A stretch of DNA of 32,000 nucleotides from Candidatus Pelagibacter ubique HTCC1062 (GTDB lineage: Bacteria; Pseudomonadota; Alphaproteobacteria; Pelagibacterales; Pelagibacteraceae). Below the pieces are notes generated by a model that had not been told where the DNA came from, made no database searches, and saw nothing but the letters and a program-made list of their open reading frames with translations. This document shows, one piece after another, positions 23,774 through 32,000 of this stretch. The stretch is taken from positions 1,276,760 to 1,308,759 of the forward strand of contig NC_007205.1 of assembly GCF_000012345.1 (NCBI RefSeq), written 5' to 3'. The position numbers were made by a program, and so were the translations under genes. Each line of letters starts with the position of its first letter. The first letter of the stretch is position 1.

Positions 23774-25015
23774 TTAGCTAAACCTAAGAGAGCTATATGG
23801 CTTTAAGTCTAAGTTTGTATTTTCTTCAGCAATCATTCCAGAGATTATTTTCCCTGAAATAGGTCCTAATGTCCATCCTAAATGATGATGACCAAAGCAA
23901 TAAAAAACATTTTTATATTTTTTTGAAGGTCCTATTACAGGCAAGTAGTCAGGTAATGTAGGTCTAAAACCAAGCCACTCATCTTCATGTTCGGGTAAAT
24001 CACCCATCATGTATTTTGCATTATTAATTAAATTTTTAACTCTTGATTTTGATAATGGGTTGTCTAATCCACCAAATTCAACCGTACCTACAACTCTAAG
24101 TCCCTGTTCCATGGGTGTAATACCAAATCCTCTATTTTGGAAAATTACGGGTCTACTTAAAAGATGATCACAATCTTTAAAATGAACATGGTACCCTCTT
24201 TCAGTATCAAGAGGTATTTTTTCATCTAAATTATCTGTTAGCTTTTTTGAAAATGAACCACAAGCAATTACAATTTTATCAAATAAAAAGCTTTGCGTTT
24301 CAGCTTTTATAACAGGCTTTTCATCATTAAAATTTATGTCTTTGATATTCATTTTTAAAAACTTGCCACCCTTTTTCAAAAAAAGATCATAAAGTTTTAA
24401 AAGAATTTTCTTTGGATTTCTAGCGTGTCTGCCATATTGATAATAAACACCTCCATGATAGATTGGTCTTATATTTGGTTCTAAATCATGAATTTCTTTT
24501 GGGGTTACTATTTGTTGATCAACCCCTAGTTCATTTCTAACTTTAATCTCTAACTCTCTACTTTTTAAGCTTTGATCGTTCCAAATATATAAAATACCTT
24601 TTTTTTCAACCAATCCACCAAGTTCTATTTCATCAAATAATTCATCATAAGCAGGTAATGCTAAATCTAAAATTTGATGCATATTTTTAGCTGTATGCAG
24701 CATTCTTTTTGTGGTGCAGTTTCTAATAAACTGTAAAAACCAAGGAATCATTTTTGGAACATAGTTCCATTTAAGAGCAAGTGGGCCTGTAGTGCTTAAA
24801 AGCATTGCAGGGACATCAGTTAAAACATCGGGTCTATTTATAGGAACGGATGCATATGGAGAAAAGTGACCAGCGTTACCGTAGGATGCAACAGGACTTC
24901 CTGGCTCGTCTCTGTCAAAAATTGTTACACTAAATCCTTTTTTTTGTAAAAATAACGCATTGGAAATACCTTGTATACCAGCACCTACAATTCCGATTTT
25001 TAAATTTTTTTCCAT
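23774..25015 (-). CDS. FAD-dependent oxidoreductase, D-amino acid dehydrogenase (DadA)-like
   Basis: 413-aa ORF. It has the N-terminal dinucleotide fold IGIVGAGIQGIS...FDR. The C-terminal WLGFRPTLPDYLPVIG...GHHHLGWTLGPISG parallels the DadA W.GLRP.TPDG.P..G...GHG.LGWT block (recalled). Confidence 0.8.
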   Translation of the reverse strand: MEKNLKIGIVGAGIQGISNALFLQKKGFSVTIFDRDEPGSPVASYGNAGHFSPYASVPINRPDVLTDVPAMLLSTTGPLALKWNYVPKMIPWFLQFIRNCTTKRMLHTAKNMHQILDLALPAYDELFDEIELGGLVEKKGILYIWNDQSLKSRELEIKVRNELGVDQQIVTPKEIHDLEPNIRPIYHGGVYYQYGRHARNPKKILLKLYDLFLKKGGKFLKMNIKDINFNDEKPVIKAETQSFLFDKIVIACGSFSKKLTDNLDEKIPLDTERGYHVHFKDCDHLLSRPVIFQNRGFGITPMEQGLRVVGTVEFGGLDNPLSKSRVKNLINNAKYMMGDLPEHEDEWLGFRPTLPDYLPVIGPSKKYKNVFYCFGHHHLGWTLGPISGKIISGMIAEENTNLDLKPYSSLRFS

Positions 25016-25046
25016 AACACTTTATACAATTCTTAAATTTAAATAT

Positions 25047-25068
25047 TCGCGCGACAAATTCGACAAAT
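25047..25068. repeat. GC-rich palindrome TCGCGCGA overlapping a tandem CGACAAAT-T-CGACAAAT repeat, upstream of the DadA-like operon
   Basis: Read directly: TCGCGCGA at 25047-25054 and CGACAAAT at 25052-25059 and 25061-25068. The elements lie 32-53 nt upstream of the start at 25015 and just downstream of the mrdB stop. Confidence 0.35.
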
Positions 25069-25083
25069 AAAGGATTTTAATAC

Positions 25084-26205
25084 TTAGGCTATCAGTTGTT
25101 TATGATTAATTTTAGCACTCATAACAATTGCAAACCCAATCATTGTTGCAAGCATTGAAGACCCTCCATATGACATAATTGGCAGTGGAGACCCAACGAT
25201 AGGCAGTAAACCTAAAACCATTGACATATTTACTGTTACATAAAAAAATATTGCAGACCCATAGCCATAGCAAAAAAGTTTAGCAAAATAACTCCTCGAG
25301 ATTGCACCAATTCTTAATACTCTATAAATAATGATTATATAAATTAGTAATAAAACTAGGGAGCCTAAAAAACCATGTTCCTCAGCAAATAAAGTGAAAA
25401 TGAAATCTGTATGTTTTTCCGGTAAAAATTCTAAATAACTTTGAGTGCCTTTTAAAAAACCTTTGCCAGTTAAACCTCCTGATCCAACTGCTATTTTAGA
25501 TTGAATAATTTGGTAACCTGCACCTAGAGGATCCCTATCTGGATTAAGAAAAGTCAAAATTCTAAGCTTTTGATAAGGCTGTAAAAAAGCAATAGCAAAA
25601 GGCATTGAAATTAATAAAGCTATAAAAGAATAAACAAAATATTTAATATTAATTCCTGCAAGCCAAATGACAACTAATCCACTTAAAGCAATTAAAATTG
25701 AAGTTCCCAAATCAGGTTGAGTAATAACAAGCATGATTGGTAAAATTAAAATTACCAAAGCAACAAACATAACTTGAAAACTATTAACTTTATTCAATTG
25801 TATACGGTGATAATATTTAGCAAGGCATACTATTATTGCAATTTTCATTAATTCAGATGGCTGTAAATTAATAAAATATAAATTGATCCATCTTTGTGAT
25901 CCTGAAGCTTTAATGCCATACAAGGAAGCCCAGACTAGAAAAAATAAAACTACAATATAAAAAAAGTAAGCAAAGTAATGCCAAAATTTAATATTAAAAA
26001 ATGACATAAAAATCATCATTGTGAAAAAAATTAAAAATTTTGAAATATGACTTTTGCTATGAAATAAGATTTGCCCCCCATCGGTTGAGTACATGGACAA
26101 AGCACTAATTAACCCAAGCAATAAAATACAAATTAACAAAATGTAATCAAAATTTCTTAATTTTTGAAAAAAAGTGGGTTGTGTATTAAATGAATTGTAT
26201 TGCAT
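25084..26205 (-). CDS. mrdB: SEDS-family peptidoglycan polymerase RodA
   Basis: 373-aa, 10-TM ORF with QPSELMK, PDLGT, PEKHTDFIF and SYGGSS blocks. It abuts the mrdA stop. Confidence 0.93.
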   Translation of the reverse strand: MQYNSFNTQPTFFQKLRNFDYILLICILLLGLISALSMYSTDGGQILFHSKSHISKFLIFFTMMIFMSFFNIKFWHYFAYFFYIVVLFFLVWASLYGIKASGSQRWINLYFINLQPSELMKIAIIVCLAKYYHRIQLNKVNSFQVMFVALVILILPIMLVITQPDLGTSILIALSGLVVIWLAGINIKYFVYSFIALLISMPFAIAFLQPYQKLRILTFLNPDRDPLGAGYQIIQSKIAVGSGGLTGKGFLKGTQSYLEFLPEKHTDFIFTLFAEEHGFLGSLVLLLIYIIIIYRVLRIGAISRSYFAKLFCYGYGSAIFFYVTVNMSMVLGLLPIVGSPLPIMSYGGSSMLATMIGFAIVMSAKINHKQLIA

Positions 26206-28173
26206 TTATATTTTTAAATCATTTTGTTTAGTTTGTTTCTCTCTTAGCTCATGTCTATCTATAATTAATTTAAACAGTTTTTTTGCAATCGGTGCAGCAG
26301 CTGAACTACCTGATCCACCATGCTCTATAACAATACTTAATGCGTATCTTGGATTCTTATATGGACCAAACGCTATATATAAAGCGTGATCCCTCTCATT
26401 ATATGGAATTTCAGAGGTACTTAAATCAAGTTCTCTTGCAGCTTCAGTTATTCTTTTAACCTGTGATGTTCCTGTCTTTCCAGCAAATTGGTATTTGGGA
26501 TCTTCGATACGTGAATTATAAGAAGTCCCTCTGACCTCATTTGTAGATGCAAACATCGCTTCACGAACTAAGTTTATATTTTTAGAATTTTTAAATAAGG
26601 TTTCATGTTCCTTTTTATCTAAAAACCCTAAAAGTTCTTCTGTTGTATCTTTTAATCCACTGTCTTTTTTATTTAATTGTCTTCTATTTTCATTCATTAT
26701 GAATCTAATTTCTTCTGCAGTTTTACTATCCTCTTCTACTATTATTTTTGGATAAATCTTAAATCCTCCATTTGCAAGCTGAGCTGTCATTTGACATAAT
26801 TGTAGAGGTGTTGTTTGAGTATAGCCTTGTCCAATACCTGTGATTAATGTTTCACCTATAACCCAACCTTTTCCTAAATTATTTTTTTTCCATTTGGTGT
26901 CAGGAATTAACCCTTTTTTCTCAATACTAAATGTTTCATTTAAAACTTTTTCACCAAGGCCAAATTTTATAGATGTTTCTTTTAATCGATCTACACCAAG
27001 TTTTCTCGCAATCTCATAAAAATATGTATCACAAGACTGCTTCATTGCGCTCTTTAAATCTACAATGCCATGTCCTCTTTTTTTCCAGCAATGATAAGTT
27101 TGTCCATACATTTCAATTTTTCCTGTACAGTTAACTTTGAAATTTTCATCAATAATTTTATTTTCTAGTGCTGATAAAGCTACCATTGGTTTGAATGTTG
27201 AGCCTGGTGAATACAAACCAGATAAAGTTTTATTAACTAATGGTTTTAATGGATTGTTTCTAATTAACTGCCAGTCATCTTGATTAATTCCAAAAAGAAA
27301 TAAATTAGGGTCAAATGATGGTGATGACTGCATAGCAATTATATCACCCGTATAAATATCCATTATACTTATTGAGCCAGCTACACCTTTTAAAAGCTCA
27401 TTACAAAACTTTTGAATTTCTGTATCTACAGTGAGTTTAATTGTTTTGCCATTTAATCCATCGGTATGATCAAGTTGGCTAATTCTTTTTCCATAGGCAT
27501 TAACTTCATACCTTTGGATACCATTCGTACCAATTAATTCATCTTCAAAAGTTTTTTCTAAACCATTTTTTCCCACTTTGAGACCTGGTACATGTGTACT
27601 TCTTATAATTTCATTATTTAGAATATCTTTTTCACTCGCTTCACTAACATAGCCCAAGACATGTGTATAACTTTCACTAAAGGGATAGTTTCGTGATACA
27701 GATAGAACTGGTTTGGCTCCTACTAAATCGTGCAAGTAATAATTAACTTTTGTAAACTGCTCCCATGTTAAATTTTTAGAAATGATTATAGTTTCCCAAG
27801 GTTTTTGTTTATTTTTTTGGTCTATTATTTTTTTAAAATCATTATTACTAATATTTAAAATTTCTTTTAACCTTACCATCAAATATTTAAAATCTTCTAC
27901 TTCTTCAGGAATAACATGAAGTTGATATACTTTTAAATTACCAGCAATAACATTTTCAAAATAATCTAAAAACTCACCTCTAATTGGAGGTAATTTCCAT
28001 TCACGTAATCTATTTTTGTCAGATAGAGTTAAATATTTTTTATTCTCTGTAATTTGTAATGAAAATAATCGAGTAATTATTCCAGTAAATACAATAATCT
28101 TAGCAGCACTAATAATAAACATTCTTCTATTAATGGTTTGAACTTTTTTTACACCAAAATCTTCACCCAGCAT
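26206..28173 (-). CDS. mrdA: Penicillin-binding protein 2 (elongasome transpeptidase)
   Basis: 655-aa ORF with an N-terminal TM anchor, SxxK (SPGSTFKP), an SxD/N motif (QSCDTYF) and KTG (GKTGTSQ). Confidence 0.93.
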   Translation of the reverse strand: MLGEDFGVKKVQTINRRMFIISAAKIIVFTGIITRLFSLQITENKKYLTLSDKNRLREWKLPPIRGEFLDYFENVIAGNLKVYQLHVIPEEVEDFKYLMVRLKEILNISNNDFKKIIDQKNKQKPWETIIISKNLTWEQFTKVNYYLHDLVGAKPVLSVSRNYPFSESYTHVLGYVSEASEKDILNNEIIRSTHVPGLKVGKNGLEKTFEDELIGTNGIQRYEVNAYGKRISQLDHTDGLNGKTIKLTVDTEIQKFCNELLKGVAGSISIMDIYTGDIIAMQSSPSFDPNLFLFGINQDDWQLIRNNPLKPLVNKTLSGLYSPGSTFKPMVALSALENKIIDENFKVNCTGKIEMYGQTYHCWKKRGHGIVDLKSAMKQSCDTYFYEIARKLGVDRLKETSIKFGLGEKVLNETFSIEKKGLIPDTKWKKNNLGKGWVIGETLITGIGQGYTQTTPLQLCQMTAQLANGGFKIYPKIIVEEDSKTAEEIRFIMNENRRQLNKKDSGLKDTTEELLGFLDKKEHETLFKNSKNINLVREAMFASTNEVRGTSYNSRIEDPKYQFAGKTGTSQVKRITEAARELDLSTSEIPYNERDHALYIAFGPYKNPRYALSIVIEHGGSGSSAAAPIAKKLFKLIIDRHELREKQTKQNDLKI

Positions 28174-28684
28174 TATTATTTCTCACTACATAATTTTCAA
28201 AAAAATTAAATAAATTTGAAAATAAAAAATAAAACAAAAAAGTGAATACCATATTTATTATTTGGTCAAAATAATTTAACTCATAATTAAAAATAAATTT
28301 TAAAGATAAAAACAATAATGAATTTATAATTAAAATTGTTAAAAGAAAAAATATACCATCTTTTAGTAAACTTGGTCTTAAAGTGATATTTCTAAGATAG
28401 GATGCTGCTACACAAAGTATTAGATACATTAAGCTGCTTAATCCAATTGGAGTTCCTATCACAACATCGTTAAACAAACCTGCAATAAAAATATAAGTAT
28501 ATCCTAAACTTTCAGTTTTTTTTAGACTGTAGTAAAAAATTAAAATATATGAAAAATTAAATGAAAAATATTTTAAACCTGAATAATTAAAATCATAATC
28601 ATTTAAAACAGATACAAAAAGTAAAATTACGGGTACTTTTAATAATATTATTCTAATAAAATTTTTATTTCTTAACCCTGTCAT
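28163..28684 (-). CDS. mreD: Rod shape-determining protein MreD
   Basis: 173-aa hydrophobic ORF in the canonical position between mreC and mrdA, overlapping both neighbours. Confidence 0.8.
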   Translation of the reverse strand: MTGLRNKNFIRIILLKVPVILLFVSVLNDYDFNYSGLKYFSFNFSYILIFYYSLKKTESLGYTYIFIAGLFNDVVIGTPIGLSSLMYLILCVAASYLRNITLRPSLLKDGIFFLLTILIINSLLFLSLKFIFNYELNYFDQIINMVFTFLFYFLFSNLFNFFENYVVRNNNAG

Positions 28685-29532
28685 TTGTTCTCACTTTTTT
28701 TAAATGAAACAACTTTTACAAATTTTAATTGAGAAAAATCTGAAAAAAAATCTACTTTTTTTTCATCACTCAAGTTATTAATATTCATTCTTCCTATAGG
28801 TATTCCAGCCTTGAATAAGCTGCCTGCTCCAGAAGTGTAAATAACAGACTCATTTTTGATATCCTCATATTTTTTGCTATACTGAATTACCCCATAATCT
28901 TTACCCGTCCCTGAAAGTATAGAAATTACTGTGTTCGGTTCTACTATGACTGGAATTTTACTATTCAAATCTGAAAGTAATAATACCCTAGATGATGAAT
29001 AGTTAACCTCAACAATTTTTCCAACAAGATATTCACCATCTATTACAACCATTCCAAGGTTTACTTTATGTTTACTGCCTTTGTTAATGATGATTGATCT
29101 TAAGTAAGGACTACTTTTATCACTTAAAACTTTAGCAATTATAGTGTCTGATTTAACCAAATGATCATCAACAATATTTTTTAATCTTTGGTTTTCTGAA
29201 ATTATAAATTCATTTAATAAATCTTTGGCTTTTAAAATCTCTAGTTCAGACTTAATTTTTTCATTTTCCTTATAAAGTTTTTTATGATTTTGGATTGTAA
29301 GATAACTATCTTTTAATAAATTTTCTGGCACAGAAACTATAAAAGACGATCTATAAACTACTTCCTTAATGCCTATTTTTACATAGTTTATAATTTTAAA
29401 ATTAAAACTGCCCAAAATTAAAAAAAATATAGAAAAAAATATTAAACTTAATAATGAGAATCTTTGCTGTGTTCCTTTTTTTAAAAAAGCAGATCTTAAT
29501 GCAATTACAAAATCATCTCTGCTTGTTTCCAT
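28681..29532 (-). CDS. mreC: Rod shape-determining protein MreC
   Basis: 283-aa ORF with an N-terminal TM, a coiled-coil stretch (KLYKENEKIKSELEILKAK) and a beta-rich C-terminal domain (GMVVIDGEYLVGKIVEV). Confidence 0.88.
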   Translation of the reverse strand: METSRDDFVIALRSAFLKKGTQQRFSLLSLIFFSIFFLILGSFNFKIINYVKIGIKEVVYRSSFIVSVPENLLKDSYLTIQNHKKLYKENEKIKSELEILKAKDLLNEFIISENQRLKNIVDDHLVKSDTIIAKVLSDKSSPYLRSIIINKGSKHKVNLGMVVIDGEYLVGKIVEVNYSSSRVLLLSDLNSKIPVIVEPNTVISILSGTGKDYGVIQYSKKYEDIKNESVIYTSGAGSLFKAGIPIGRMNINNLSDEKKVDFFSDFSQLKFVKVVSFKKSENK

Positions 29533-29537
29533 TATTT

Positions 29538-31835
<2,298 letters not shown>

Positions 31836-31840
<5 letters not shown>

Positions 31841-31948
31841 GAAGATGGAACTAGAACAGACATGGATTTTATGTGTAAGATAGTTGAGACAGCAATCAGC
31901 AGTGGAGCCAAAACAATAAATATTCCTGACACTGTTGGTTATACAATT
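31836..31948. repeat. Right arm of the perfect 113-bp inverted repeat: an inverted duplicate of a leuA internal fragment
   Basis: On the plus strand it re-encodes [37 protein letters not shown]. The spacer between the arms is 107 nt. Confidence 0.97.
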
Positions 31949-32000
31949 TATCAGCCTTGACTGAGCTGGTTACGACAAAATCGCTAATTATGGGCTCACT
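31949..32000. other. Unassigned 52-nt tail of visibly higher G+C, unrelated to leuA
   Basis: The sequence is TATCAGCCTTGACTGAGCTGGTTACGACAAAATCGCTAATTATGGGCTCACT. The match to leuA stops abruptly at 31948. The tail is open in one frame on each strand but too short to identify. Confidence 0.3.

Noticed and set aside
26174-26389. 71-aa plus-strand ORF
   Set aside because: Antisense across the mrdA/mrdB junction.

Overview
The window is strongly AT-rich (about 70% A+T by eye) and extremely gene-dense. It holds about 31 real genes, and most junctions are stop/start overlaps or gaps of 5 nt or less. There are no rRNA or tRNA genes, CRISPR arrays, transposases, integrases or recognisable defence genes, and no classical transcription factor. 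This style fits a streamlined marine alphaproteobacterium of the SAR11/Pelagibacterales type, which is an inference I did not search for. Contents from left to right are as follows. (1) A partial Asp/Glu-racemase-superfamily gene. (2) A plus-strand operon: luciferase-like monooxygenase, DUF1185 'amino acid synthesis' protein, alpha/beta hydrolase, aldehyde dehydrogenase, DMT transporter. (3) A monocistronic periplasmic binding-protein gene with a clean terminator. (4) An MFS plus TauE/TSUP pair. (5) A 13-gene minus-strand unit holding two complete Liv-type ABC translocators around azlCD, a CsiD/GlaH-like Fe(II)/2-oxoglutarate hydroxylase and a divergent P5C-reductase-like gene. (6) A LysE-family exporter with a structured leader. 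(7) DUF2805, glutaredoxin and msrB. (8) A DadA-like oxidoreductase, DMT and 2-hydroxyacid dehydrogenase operon. (9) leuA-mreBCD-mrdAB. I do not see a defence-type or mobile system. The best candidates for undescribed biology are the two uncharacterised uptake/catabolic modules in (2) and (5). The right end contains a perfect 113-bp inverted duplication that truncates leuA, which is most likely a chimeric or foldback join.
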